From Lingula anatina (taxonomy: Eukaryota; Animalia; Brachiopoda), in the NCBI GenBank assembly GCA_051362555.1, contig CM120641.1:46754401-46818400 (forward strand): 64,000 nucleotides of DNA. The letters are read 5' to 3'. The position numbers were made by a program, and so were the translations under genes. Below, one piece after another: positions 14,652 to 41,460 of the stretch (positions are counted from its first letter, which is position 1; each line of letters begins with the position of its first letter). The notes under the pieces are model-generated. The model saw nothing but the letters and a program-made list of their open reading frames with translations, searched no databases and was not told where the DNA came from.

Positions 14652-16806
14652 GCTAGAGGAAATATGATCAAACACTGTTCTGGATGCTATTTTTGACTTT
14701 CTCCACTCTCTTGTAAATAATTTGATGTACATATGTGTGCTGCTTGGTTAGTTCTATTTTGGTGTACACATATGAGTATATTTATTCCTCAGGATGCTGT
14801 TGGAATGTTCCTGCAGTCATTTTTTTTATGTGGAGATTGAGGCAGAATTGCTACATGTAAATTACTTGAATTATTTCTAAATTCTACTTTTATAAAAAGT
14901 TTTTTTTTTCTTTTTCAATCCCTGACACAGTTTTTACAAATTTATCATTTTAAGAAATAAACACAATATGAAAAGATGTTTTTGTTTCAGAATGTGGTTC
15001 ACAAAGGATTATATATGTATTTGTATAATATTCCATGATTCATAATTTTTTGTAAGATGCTGGTTCACAACATATGTAAAGGACGCAAACATGGATTACT
15101 TTAATGACATAATTGCATGACAGACATAGCAAGTTACTGGTTGAACATTGATCATCATTGTTTCGTTAGAAAATAAAAGTGAAATTAATTGTATAATAAT
15201 ACCCATTTGCCTGATTTCAGTTTTTTGGGTTTAAAAATTTTCTGAATGGAATTTGAATTGTTATCAATCACAAAAAAAATGACTTAATTTGGATACATAT
15301 AAAATTCACTCTCATGACTTTCAAAAACAGGTGGGATTTGACATTATATATTGAGTGACAAATGCATTGCAACTTGTACATAGTCATTTTCTGTGATGTC
15401 ATATATAGATCATCTCAGTAATTCCAGGCACTTAACAATGGATGTTACTTAAAAATGTGTATAAAATAGGAGGGTGAGATTTCTCCAGATGCCAAGTTAT
15501 AGATTGGGGCCCCTTACCATAACTGACTAGATGTCTGGCTTTCTGGCTTTGAAAATGAAGCAGTTTCAGTATGTACTTTGAGCTTTGGACATTGTAAGCA
15601 AAACATGAACATAATAAAAAGGTTGTGCACAGTTCACCAGTAACTGAATATTTTACAATGGTTGCATGTTAAAAGAAATTGCATTAATTATCCATGACCA
15701 CCAGTTTACCTTGATGATATGTATTTCAAAATAAAACGATCAGCCAATAGATGTCGTTATCATGATAGGCTGATTTCGCATGGCTTGGCCTACATTGCGG
15801 TCTTCATCAAAACAGAAGTGGTTGTCTGCCGTTGCCAAGGCAACCATAATTAATTTCCCTAGTGCTCTGACATTGCAATGTATCCAAGGCAGCCAGTTGA
15901 GTATGCACAGGCATTATTTTTGCATAAAGCTTTAATGAAAAATGTATACATTTCCTGTGTTACATCATTGTTAACGAAAAAAAAAAAGTAATAAATAAAT
16001 GAACCTAAGAGTAAGGAGATGGAAATCAAGGCAAAATGTTGAGTTTGTGTTGCATTGAGATATGATTGGAAGCTCAGAGAATGACATTTAAGCTGTAGTC
16101 ATATTGATTCATACAAACCCTCTGTGGTTTTTAATGCCAGGCAGCAGGTGCTTTGATTCCACACCTGCACCCCACCTCCACAGCACCCCTCCCATGGCAA
16201 TCCTGCAGTTAAAATGGGGGTGAAAAGGTTGTCAGAGGGGGGTTGCCATTAAAAGGTTAATTTCCTAGAGTTCAAAGTAAAGTGGTTTTCCATAAGAGAT
16301 AATGTAGATGTGGCATCATATTCCCCTTATTCCTCATAATTGCAACATGTATGCAGAAGTTCACATAATATTGATCTATAATTTTACGGACAAAACTTTT
16401 GCAAATGGGATTTCATTTAAGGCACTTTGGTTTCCAGGAGTTTTCAGTCCCATTGCTGTACTATATCCACTCAAAGATGCATTAAGGCTGCAGCCATAAT
16501 TATGTTAACGGAGGCTTCTTCATTACGCAAATGCTGCGCTTCAATCCCTGCTCCCTAGATCAAAAGCCACTGTGTTTATAGGTACTTAAATATGTGCTTG
16601 AGCACCATCAAAACAGAAATTTTGGTTACATCAGATTTCAAAGGCAAACGTCTGGGTTGGGTTTGAGAATAGGGTTGATTTGAGGGGTATAATCACCATA
16701 TGGTATAATTCTATTCCACCGTTGATCAGATTTGTGTCTCAGTAGTAGAAGAGATTTCCTTGATTTGAAGGAGTTATTCTTCCTGAGACCATCATCTCTA
16801 CCAGTG

Positions 16807-16839
16807 ATGGGCGGGATGGTTTCTGCCAATGTGATCAAG
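16807..16839 (+). CDS. Candidate alternative N-terminal exon E of the DPP gene (MGGMVSANVIK)
   Basis: gtgATGG start, 11 codons, phase-0 donor AAG|gtaaag. Short enough that a chance occurrence is possible. Confidence 0.35.
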
Positions 16840-17957
16840 GTAAAGATGAATGTTGTGTTAGTTATCAGATATCCCCAGCATGTATGTTATGGCTATTTTT
16901 ACCTGTAGTTTCTTCGGGATATGTGAACACAAATTCTTAATGAATACTTGGACTAAAATAACGTGGATGCTAATCTGACACGATTTCATGGTTCTTTATA
17001 AGGTATTTTTTTGTCCCCATATGGAAATTGATAATAATTTTCTAGAAATGCTTCCATGATGAAGAAGCCATAAGCATAACTGTGTAAATTAAAGGCTCCA
17101 ATCAAATCTGAAGAAGTTGTGTTATGGATATTTACCATTGCAGAATTTCTTTATTTTTGAAAGATTGTAACAAAATGAATACCTTGAATTTAATTAAGCA
17201 TCATGTCATTTGTTTGGGTTTTTAACCTGACAGTATTCTAAACGGCTTACGTTTTGAATACTTCTTCATAGTCTGTCATATCTGATGAGGAATTCCAGTT
17301 TCAATTTGCAATTTAATTGCCAGTTATTATTTAATTCAGTGTGAATTTAAAAAAAATGTATTTGGTCTTTATCCCACATTGTAGAGTGGTAATAATTGAT
17401 ATATTTAATGTATTATAATACAGAAATATCCAGCAAAACACCCAGTGACAGGTACTTAAGTAGTCCCACTCAGGTGTCATTGTTATGATGATAGTCTAGC
17501 AATGAGGTGAGCTATATCTCATCCTGGGCTTTAGGCGAATAAAACATTTTATTCACCCAGACCTGGCCATAAGCATAACTGGTGCATTTGTTTCTGTCAA
17601 CTTGCAGGGCAGTGGGGGTTCTTTTGGCTGGAACAGCTTAATTTCCTCTGATCGCATCCATAATATATCTAATTCTGCGTGTTACATGCATGCCTTTTCT
17701 CAAGTTTGATCAACAAAGACAGTGAAAAGGGTCCACTTTTCAAAAAAGAACTTCCTTTGAAATAGCTGGTTGTGTTCAGACCAGGATAAACTTAAAGGCA
17801 GTCCAGTGATGGCAGCCAGAATATTACCAGTTCATATATAAGTGTGGTTCAGGTTATGCCTTAAGACATGTCAATAGTGTCATGACTTTCAAGTGCTTTT
17901 TATTTGGGTATGCTAACTATTTTTATCACAGTGTGAATAAGAATGGGTTGGTGGAAT

Positions 17958-17962
<5 letters not shown>

Positions 17963-18004
<42 letters not shown>
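17963..18004. repeat. (GA)n microsatellite
   Basis: Read directly from the sequence. Confidence 0.95.
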
Positions 18005-18006
<2 letters not shown>

Positions 18007-18995
18007 CCTTTATTTAGAAAAAAAACAAAACAATTAGCACCATGTCTGATAAGATCTGCTTGCCTGTTAAGCTTAACTGCATACCTTCCTCATTCATTGT
18101 CCACTGTCCTGTGTGTTACCTATCCAGACACGGCACCATTAGGACATGTTTTAGCTGAGCTGAGTATCAAAAGGGGAATCCTTCTGTAAACACTGAGAGA
18201 AAAAACACCACACGAAGTTGAGAGTTCAAGATATTGCATGATAATTATGTTAAGAAGCTGCACAGGTTGGAAGCCCTTAATATAAGTGCCCTGTACAGTA
18301 AATGTCAAGTGATATTTCAAACATAATTCTCTGCTTCAACTTAAGTTATAATCATCTGTAAGGATTATAGATAGGAGTGGCCGTGTGTGGCATGCTGTTC
18401 ATCATTTCAAATCTAACTGCAAATATTGATCTATGTGTTTTTTTACACAGGGATGATATGTACGTGATGTGCATCATTTTCCATAATTTAGTGATGGCAG
18501 CCCTGGGCACTCTGTGTACAAATTGATGTTTATTAATGTGACAGGCCACAAGATTTATGGAACGAAAATAATTCCAATTTTCTGACAGCTCCATGGTTCA
18601 TTTGCCAGTCAGTAGTGTTAAAGCTTATTAGGGGCAGGACCCAGAAAAGCTGACCAACAGATAGGTGTTTTAAGCGGTATAAACCTGTATATTAAGATAT
18701 ATACATATATATGCGTCACATTGATGACCTTTGGTCACTGGAAAGGTGTGAACTTAATGCCTGGGCGCACATCAAGGTGTCTGTATAGAAATGATACAAT
18801 GTATGCTTGCATGTAGTCCCTGCATGCTGGGTGAGCCTGTACTGTGTGTTCATTTAGCCGCAGCCAAGAGAGTAGAGCCGCACTGGCAGGATATGTCATT
18901 ATGATGATGATGATGTGCAGTATCAAAGCTCGGTAGGCTTTGATATCAAAACAAGGTTTTCTAGCAGATTTGAGCGGAAAGCCGAGAGGGAAAGG

Positions 18996-19130
18996 ATGGA
19001 TTTTGATTCGGAATCCGGCTCTGAAGTTGAATATCGGAGCAGTAGTAATGGAAAGAAAAAATCAGAAAGAGTTCACACTAATCCCAGTCAGCCAGATGAC
19101 GCAAAGACATGTCTACCTGTCAGGTGTAAG
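18996..19130 (+). CDS. Candidate alternative N-terminal exon F of the DPP gene (MDFDSESGSEVEYRSSSNGKKKSER...PVRCK)
   Basis: aggATGG start, 45 codons of charged cytoplasmic-like sequence, phase-0 donor AAG|gtgtgt at 19130/19131; a second in-frame donor CAG|gtgact at 19145/19146. Confidence 0.6.
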
Positions 19131-19222
19131 GTGTGTATATTACAGGTGACTGGTCTCTAATACACTGGTTTAACATACAGGTGCACTAATTCCTAAGTGT
19201 CATGTTCAGGTTGTTCTTCGAG

Positions 19223-19310
19223 GTAATGTCTTGTTAAAATTTATGAATAGCATATTACATGCTGTACTTGAAGTAATGTCTTGTTAAAATTCATGAATAG
19301 CATATTACAT
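19223..19310. repeat. 50-bp two-copy tandem duplication
   Basis: gtaatgtcttgttaaaatt.atgaatagcatattacat occurs twice. Confidence 0.9.
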
Positions 19311-19574
19311 ACACTACATGTGGTCTGGTGTTGTAGTATGTTGTAAGGTCTCTATATATGTTTAAAGATTAAACGAGTCGTGCATTATACATTACCCTAG
19401 GGAAGCACTGTTCTTTATAAGTTACCATATAGTTTATGATGGATTAATATCTAGATATATATTAATGGGTATGATCAGCTGATATATCTGGTGTTGGTAA
19501 ATAGCCTGTATCTCTCCTCACCTGTGTCCATGTTATGGTGTGTAACCAGAGATACTCCAGTATGTAGGTGCCTC

Positions 19575-19748
19575 GGGGCCGTAGCAATAGTCCGAAGGTT
19601 CAATAGTCCGAAGGTTCATTGGTCCGAATCTTCACTACAGAACCTTCGGACCAATGAACCTTTGATTAAAAAACAGATGAAAATGTTACCGTTTTTCGGA
19701 CCAATGAACCTTCGGACCAATGAACCTTCGGACTATCGAGACGCCCCC
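19575..19748. mobile_element. Small non-autonomous DNA element (MITE) built from 15-bp inverted subterminal repeats
   Basis: Left arm has repeated tagtccgaaggttca, right arm repeated ttcggaccaatgaacc; GGGG...CCCC ends; flanked by ggtgcctc / gttgcctc (8-bp TSD, one mismatch). Confidence 0.7.
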
Positions 19749-20352
19749 GTTGCCTCCTGGAGTACCTGTCAAATGAGGGTGTAAATATTATATTGTATTG
19801 TTTCGTAATAATGTTCTGGACTAGCAGATCTGACAGGGCTGTCAGGAATAGAATGGTACAGTGTCACACTACATGGATGTACTTATAACTGGTATAGAAC
19901 TGGTTTGAAATTGATAATTGATGAACAGAGTTGTCGCGTTTGACAGGCAGGGTTGAAATTACCCAGATCAGGAGAAATGAAGAAAGAAACACTTTAATTG
20001 TCATGAAAAAAATGAAATATTCAGTAATTTTTGAGGACTGTATTAAAATTTACTGAAGATTATATCTGAGTACATACTGGGTCATAGCGCATGTAAAAAC
20101 CATAGAACTAATAAGCAGATAACTGTAGGATGATATAATTTATTTTCTAGCGAGTGTTAGGAGGAGTCAGGATCTCTGTACACGCAGTATTTTAACTTGT
20201 GACTGATAGGGGTGTTGGTGCCTGCCCAATTTCCTGCTTGTCACATCTGAAATATTTCATGAGGTACATGTCAAACCTCACTGGTAAATTATTGGGCAGA
20301 GTTCAGAGACTTTTTCTGAGTTAAAAACATGCTTTCTCACTTACTTAAGTAT

Positions 20353-20353
<1 letters not shown>

Positions 20354-20386
<33 letters not shown>
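20354..20386. repeat. (AC)n microsatellite
   Basis: Read directly from the sequence. Confidence 0.95.
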
Positions 20387-20388
<2 letters not shown>

Positions 20389-21421
20389 TATCAGTTTTAC
20401 TTGTCTAATGAAATATTAAAATATGGAAGCCTTTCATGATCGAAGCAGGATATTTTTAAGTGTTTTTGTGAGCCAAAACAAAAGAATAATCCTCTCCAAT
20501 AGCCATACATCCTCGATTTTTCTTGGGTTCCAATATTGATCTATGGTCTCACATAAAGGTACACTGTACTCTAAAGTGACTCTTTTTGTAATTCCTTGAA
20601 GCTTAATGTGTGAACAGTATACTCAGAGAATAAGGCAACATTGATTGATTTTTTTCTCTCTTTTTTTGGGGATGTGTAGAGCTGGCTGAGTGGTTGGCTT
20701 CAGCTGCCATGTAGCTGGGATTCTTTTAATTTCATCTGGTTCTATATTCAATCTAGCATCACTTTAGAAGAGTAACTCTCCTCAATGCTTTCTATTGTTC
20801 CCACTGTGCTATTGCTGATAGGGCCATAAAGGCTACATGAAAGCTAAATGTACAAATTGGATTTTAGTGCTGTTTGACATTTTCAAAAGTCTACCATTAG
20901 GCGCAGTACACAAGCAGCCGGTGGTTTAAGGTACCTTGAAGTTTAATAACTCTAGGGAACATAGAGCCGGGATTAGCTGCCTTTGTGCAACCTAAAGCAG
21001 CTGGGTGTGAAGATGCTTTTTTATTGAAATATGCTAGGATTCCCATGAAGCGCTCAGTTATGACTTGTTCATTGTAGAGGCTTCTTTATTACCGGGATAC
21101 TCTTTTATGTTCAAAACGACAGGGGAAATTTAATAGACAAGTATGAGGAAACTGAAGGAACCAGACAGAGTGAATAGGACTTTGTTAATTAGGCATTTGA
21201 ATTCACCAAGACTAATTAATATGATTGTAAATCAGTGGACAAGATGATAAGATTATGAAATAGTGTTATTTGGTTTATTTTCTTTTCAGTTTCATACAAC
21301 AGTTCACCCTCAGATGGATTGCAGGAATGTATATCTTAAAAGCAAGGTGCTGGTCCTTGATAAGTATTTTTGATTCAATTCTCATCTCACATTGGTCTTA
21401 TATTACTATTTTTTATTTTAG

Positions 21422-35049
<13,628 letters not shown>

Positions 35050-37488
35050 AGTATAGATGTGCCACATCAATACCTACCCAATCTGTGTCTTCTCTAAAAC
35101 ATCACTCAAGCACAATATTTTATAACTGCCTGTTCTCTAGGTCAAAAGCTCAATTCTTCACAGAAAGTCCTAGAGACTGACAGGAGGGAGAGGTGTTTTA
35201 CCACTTATTACACCTCTAACATTCAGTTCTTTTTTAATTATTAAGTGCTGGCACCATTTGCTATGTTGTTTCACTTATGTGTTACAAATAATTACCAGCC
35301 AAGTAATTAAATCACTCATAATGTGCTACCTAAAATACCAGGCTGTGTGTTCTAGTACAAGTGGACTCACAGCCAGGCAAAAGACCTCATGCACAGGGTT
35401 TTATAAAATCACATCAGTAACATTACAGGAGTTAAATCATCAATTGTTTCCTATTGAACAATAAATGAGTGATCACAATCGTAGAATACATTGTACAACC
35501 AAAACGTGTGATCACAATCATAGAATACAAGCATTAATATAAAGTGTTTGATGTTTTTACCTGTTAAGTAAAGGGTGTCACCAATTACTTTGATCACAAG
35601 CAGTAGTAATTAACAGTGTGGTATTGTCTGCATACTCACTGGATTTGTGGTCGCTACAATGGGAATATCTCTCAAGTATAGTCCGATTTGTGGAGGAGGA
35701 ATCTCAATGTGATATAAGCCTGAGTAGTTAAATATGAACTTCTGTTGATGAGTGAGGTCCACCTCTCACAGTGATAGTGTGTTGTGTGGAGAGGAAAATT
35801 TTTATATATATTTAGTTGCTGTGTGACTCACCTTAACAGAGTGCTGGTTACTGTGGGTCCTCATTTCACCATGCTAATGTGCTGTGTGAAGAAGAAAAGA
35901 TTGTAGATGTGTCTGGCATTTGAATACAGGATCTCACTCGTTCTTAAGGTAAAGCAGTGAACAAGGGAAACTCTATGAAATAATTTGTTTAAATAAGCCT
36001 CTGAGTCAGCCCCCAATAGATTTCATATTTCAGGTTGTGAATGCTTATTCTTATATAAAATTTTCTTGAGAAAAATGTCATCTTTATATAGTCTAGAATT
36101 ACTACATTTGAAGTTGTGAATTAATCAGGTAGTTATGTATATGCCATTGATAGTCAGGTAAGATTATGACAAAATAAAATTATCCCTGAGCACAGAATTC
36201 TGGTGATGTCCAGTTATAGTAAGAGGATACACCAAGAATATAACAACCAGTAGAACATCATTAAGACATCTTTTTAAAAATGAAATTATGAGTTTTGTCA
36301 ATAATGCTGGAAATGCTTATTATGATTTTTGTCAATAATGTTTGAAATTCTCATTCTGTTATATTTTTGGAATTTGTATGATAGATTATAGCATTGCACA
36401 TTATTCTACATGTATTTAAAGGCTAGAAGAATTTTATTTGACATTCACATAGAAATAACACTACTGAATTTTAAAACACTGATTGTGACTCTGGACAAAT
36501 TGGCCCAAACAATTTTTAAAATAATAGCACAGCTGATATACTTTAGGCAAGATGAAGAACAAAGACAGCTCAAAATCTCAAAAAATTAAAATTCTCTCTT
36601 TTATAATGACAATATGTAGATTACCTTTATTATGATTCGAAATAAATACACATACTTAAGTGATAATGTATTATTTATGAAGTATATTGTTAGCATATAT
36701 ATAATATGAATTGCAGGTGAAAAAAAACTGCTTTGTTATATTTAGCAGGGATACTGGTCTACTATTGTCACATAGGTCTAGCTTCTTACTCCTTTATGAC
36801 ATATACTTTTGCATAGATTGCTCTGTACCTTTGATGCTTGATGAATTTGGGTATAAAAACCTTTTCTCTGTTGGCTAGTCCAAGATTGCATGTCATTTGA
36901 TATAGATTCAAACATAATTTTTCTGTCAGTGTTACATTGTAAGCTTTTTGTATTTTGAAGGGGTGATTCAAAAACGGAACACTTTCTACATGTTTAATGG
37001 GTTGCTTATAGAATAATGGTACATTTACTTAAAAATACACTAAGAAACATACTGATAATGAAAATATTGAAGGTATTACATGTACCAACAATGTAGATCT
37101 TGCACAAGTGAATGTTTATAAAGTGTAAGCATTTGTATTTGACCCAGTCTGGGAGTATAGGTTTAAATTAAACCAAGCACACCTGTACATATTCATTTGT
37201 GATATGATATAATGCTGTATATAATGTATTTAAAACTGTTTTGTACCTTGCCGTTTTATTTATTGGGTTGCTTGGTAAATTTTGTTGCCGGTATATATTT
37301 GTTATCATCTCAAATAAATACTCTTATATCTGGTAATAAGTGATGTGATATTTACTTTGTTTTATCAACTTACATTTTTCTTTTTAGACATTTACACCAT
37401 AGACACTGAGGTGTTGGAGAGTTATAACACTTTTTGTTTCAGTTTTTGTGTTCTTTTTATTTTCTATGTCACATTATCTAATAAAACT

Positions 37489-37503
37489 ACACTATTAATA
37501 AAC
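37489..37503 (+). terminator. Probable polyadenylation signals ending a ~2.4 kb 3' UTR of the DPP gene
   Basis: Two AATAAA hexamers close together followed by a GT/T-rich stretch (cttgttggttttttgt). Confidence 0.4.
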
Positions 37504-37994
37504 ACTTGTTGGTTTTTTGTATATGTGGAAAGGTGATTATTTTGAAAAAAGGGGGACTACATGTATAAGAAACAGTATGCCTCTTGCCACATTTATTGAT
37601 TTTATTTATTTATTAAACTTAAAAATATTTATTTATTGAGGGTAAAAATATGGTAAATTAAAAATTTATCTTTACCGTGGCCCTCGTGAGATTGGGAAAA
37701 TAACACAAAACATCTATCAAATATATAAAATAAATTGTGTAAAGACTATCAAAACAACAATTAAATTAAAGATTTATGTGTAAACAGACTAATCATGTTC
37801 TTATGGCACCACCACGGCAAAGGGAGCACCAAGCTCTCATGAAAGAGGGAAAAAGTTTGATAAAAATTGATAAAAAGAAAATGAATAGCAGATACAAAAG
37901 AACAAAAAATTAGATAAATAAAAGCACATATGAGAAACATAAAGCAATAGGGATGTTTGTCTGTTATGGGGGCACTAGGGTAGGGAGTGTTTAA

Positions 37995-38366
37995 AGGGAT
38001 GATAACTGTTAGTTTTGACCAAATAATGAATTTTCCTGGAGTAAACAACAATTTTCCCATACTTACCAATGGTTAATGAATCCATTTCTACATTCAAATT
38101 AGTCCCTGTTTTTTATTCTAAAAAGCTTGTTTTTTTTGTAATAATCTCTTAAGAGATTCTAAAAAGCTTGTTTTTTTTGTAATAATCTCTTAAGAGATTA
38201 TTACAGAGTATAGCTATCTATGGAGGTCATGTGATCAAGCTCAGATATCAGAATAATAGCTATAACTGCCATTTTTGTGGTAAAACAGAATATATTATAT
38301 TTCTGTGAGTTGTTTACAATGTTTTTATTGTGAAATATAAATCTCATACGAAGAGTTATTATCCCT
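37995..38366. mobile_element. Kolobok-like MITE, copy 1
   Basis: TTAA|agggatgataact ... agttattatccct|TTAA (TIR plus TTAA TSD); internal ~41-bp tandem duplication near 38116-38197; second diverged copy at 47141-47455. Confidence 0.7.
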
Positions 38367-38450
38367 TTAAGGCACCAAGAGACCTACATCTGGCCCTGGT
38401 AATACTGCAGAATTAGGGAAACATTATACCTTTGTTTGTTTAGGTAACTT

Positions 38451-41400
38451 CCCAGACAGCCTCAGTGATCTGGCCCACGTCTGGCCCAGATCTGGCAACG
38501 TCTGGCAATGTCTGGCAAAAGGTATGGCTTGCCACATGTGGGCCAGATGTGGCAATGTCTGGGCCAGATCTGGCCCAGACATTGCCACATCTGGCCCAGT
38601 CCACATTTGCTCATATGGCCAGATGTCGGCCCAGATCTGGCAATATCTGGCAAATGTATGGCATGCCAGATGTGGGCCAGATATGGGCCAGATCATATTC
38701 AAATGGGCCAGATTAGGGCCAGACATGGACCACATATGGCCCAGATTGTTTTTTTTTTATTATTTCACATTTGCTCATGTGGCCAGATCTGGCCCAGATC
38801 TGGCAATATCTGGCAAAGGTATGGCATGCCGGATGTGGGCCAGATTAGGGCCGGACATGGACCACATATGGCCCAGATTGTTTTTTTTTTTTTTTTCTTT
38901 TTTTAATTATTTTTAATTATTCAATAAGATAACTATAAAAAAAAAACATACAAGATTCAAGATTCAAGTATTTATTCTGTGCTAAAAGCCTAAACAAAAT
39001 TATTACACATTATATAACCTTGCTGGCAACTAACATGCAACAAATTAAGGGCCACTCCTTGTCTTTTTGTACAAAACAATTTGTATGTTTGAAAAAAAAA
39101 AAAAAAAAAAAAAAAACACACTGCAAAAAGGCAAATATACAGACACTTAACAGGAGGAAATGTCACTTACATACATGTAAAGAAAACAGTTATAACAACA
39201 ATTTTTTTTTCAACACAAAGCTGCTCATCGAATCTGAATTAACACAAATTACAAAAATTGTAATTAATTATGCATGTACATGGGGGGGGGGGGGATTTGA
39301 GGGGGAAATATTTTTGCACACCTCAACCTAAATAATATTATACATTGTCATTTTTAAACTAATTCAAACATATCATTAATAATAATAATCACTAATGAAT
39401 ATAGTTTTGTAATGAATAAATCTTGAATAATGAATGAAAAAACATTCTTTTTTAGATGATGGAGAGTTATAACAAAATTATAAATAACCATGCAGTAACT
39501 GTTTCAATTCAACTTGCATGCTGGCTACAGTACTGTACATACGTGTAAATTCTGAAAAAAAAATATGTATACTCCAGCACAGATATAGATGTACAATTAA
39601 AAGAGAATTACATGTGCACAAAAACAAACCCCAGTATCAATGCTTTTGAATTAAATCACATCACGAATCAAATCACTCAATGAATTGAACCAGTTTGCAA
39701 TGCTTGCGCTTTTTTCAAATCCATAACACTAAGAAATGATACACCCGCCTCCTTGACGAGCTTATAATTATTAAAGGAATCAACAATGGAACAAGTAACT
39801 CTACCAAGTTAACAAAAGTTCATTCAAATGTCAAGTCCAAACACAACATCCCTTCCTTTCTTGGAGAGAAACGGTCCTTTCAAAACATGTTAATTGACAG
39901 TTCAGTCTTTAAAATGTCTTTTCAAACATTTGCAGAATAGCATATGAACTCCAACTTTTATTCCTTAAACCACACTGAAAATTCTCAAAACTAATCAACT
40001 CATATCAAATCCCATGTCCTTTCACTACTACTGGTCTCTTCCTTTGCTTGCCTTTACGTCATATTCAAATGTTCCCTTCACTTTTAAAGGTTTCTCAGAC
40101 GTGTACATGAATAATACTGTTTGTTTTCTGGTCCTCCACAAGAGCCACATTTATTTTTCTTGGATTTCAGCATTCTCCATGTATTTTCATCAATGATATT
40201 ACAATATGCACCTGAATCTGGTAATACACTGAGATTAACACCTCCTCTATTTCCTCCATGTCTTCTGTGCATTGGTTCCCACACCAAATGTATATGCACT
40301 CCTGGATTTTCATGTTCAAAGCTGTCATTTACATGAATAATAGTTTCAGTTTTGCAGAGTTTTGCAAAGTGATCCAACGTTCCATGTTTTCTCAGTCAGG
40401 GAGTTTCTACTTCGTTTTTCATGTCTAAACTCGTATTGTTTAGACTGGCTTGGTTTGTCAAATGACTTCAGTTTCATCATACTCAGTTTCTGGTGTTCCA
40501 ATTTCATTCAAAGCGTTAACTGTCTTATGTATATTCATGTTTCTAACCTGTGTTTGGGAGAGTCCTGAAAATATCTTGTAAGTTGTACACCTGTCCCTGC
40601 TGAATACAACATAAGCGCGCGTCTCCTTTGTCATGTATTTTTAATTTTCTATCTTTGTTCATTATTCATGCCGTTCGTTGGTTTTGAAAAGATCAATCTT
40701 TTTCCGTCAGCGAAAAGTTTAAACTGTCTAGCCATCGCGTCGAGCGTGACCCAATGTCTCCGGACTTCTGTACGGTTCGAATTCCGTAATTTCACATTTT
40801 TTCTCCATTTTTTTCAAAGAAACTTGACTCACAGTTTTGCACTAGTGTTTATCCTCGTCGCCAGTGTTGATGCCTTCGAAATAAATCGCACCACGAATCA
40901 AATCACTCAACGAAATTGTATCAGTTTGATACGCTTATGCTTTTTTCATATCCATAACTCTAAGAAACGCTACATCCGGGTCCTTGACCGGCTTAGCATA
41001 AAAAGCGGAATCTTACAACAGCGGAACGAGTAGTCCAAAAAAGTTTTAGATCAGTGAATTCATTCAAATGTCAAGTCAAATTAAACAAATAGCACACTTA
41101 TGAGGGGACTTTGAAGAAAAAAGAGAGAGATAAATTAAATCAAAATTTATCAAATGACGTCAGTTCAATGCATTCAGCTCACTGGTCAATAAAAAATAAA
41201 TAAATAGAAAATAAAAATTGAAAATGAAAGTACCATATCTGGCCCAAGTCTGGGCAGCATCTGGCAAAATGTGGCGTAAATGCCAGACTTTGCCAGACTT
41301 GGCCCAGATCTGGCAAGTGTCTGGCAAAATGTGGCATAAATGCCAGACTTTGCCAGACTTGGCCCAGATCTGGCAAGTGTCTGGCAAAATCTGGCCCAGA

Positions 41401-41460
41401 TATTGCCAGACGTTGCCAGATCTGGGCCAGACGTGGGCCAGATTATTGAGGCTGTCTGGG
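38451..41460. mobile_element. Non-autonomous CACTA/EnSpm (CMC)-like DNA transposon with long subterminal repeat arrays
   Basis: ~59-bp TIRs CCCAGACAGCCTCA...TGAGGCTGTCTGGG with 2 mismatches; 2-bp TT on both flanks; arrays of ~10-bp GCCAGATCTG/TGGCCCAGAT units at 38451-38880 and 41235-41460. No transposase seen, so the superfamily is inferred from termini and TSD. Confidence 0.8.
39635..41094 (-). mobile_element. Degenerate, internally deleted Gypsy LTR retrotransposon nested in the TIR element
   Basis: Two diverged direct repeats (39635-39848 and 40865-41094). PBS TGGCGACGAGGAT (reverse complement of 40851-40863) matches the tRNA-Ser(GCU) 3' end. Polypurine tract AAGAAAGGAAGGGA abuts the 3' LTR. 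Gag-like remnants (RRALMLYSAG, HFAKLCK) and aspartic protease motif LPDSGAYCNII in ORF 40084-40377. Confidence 0.8.

Noticed and set aside
38424-38916. Overlapping ORFs with repetitive W/P/D/L/A/G peptides on both strands (also 41160-41472)
   Set aside because: Translations of the stop-poor 10-bp subterminal repeats of the TIR element. Not genes, and not a CRISPR array because there are no unique spacers.
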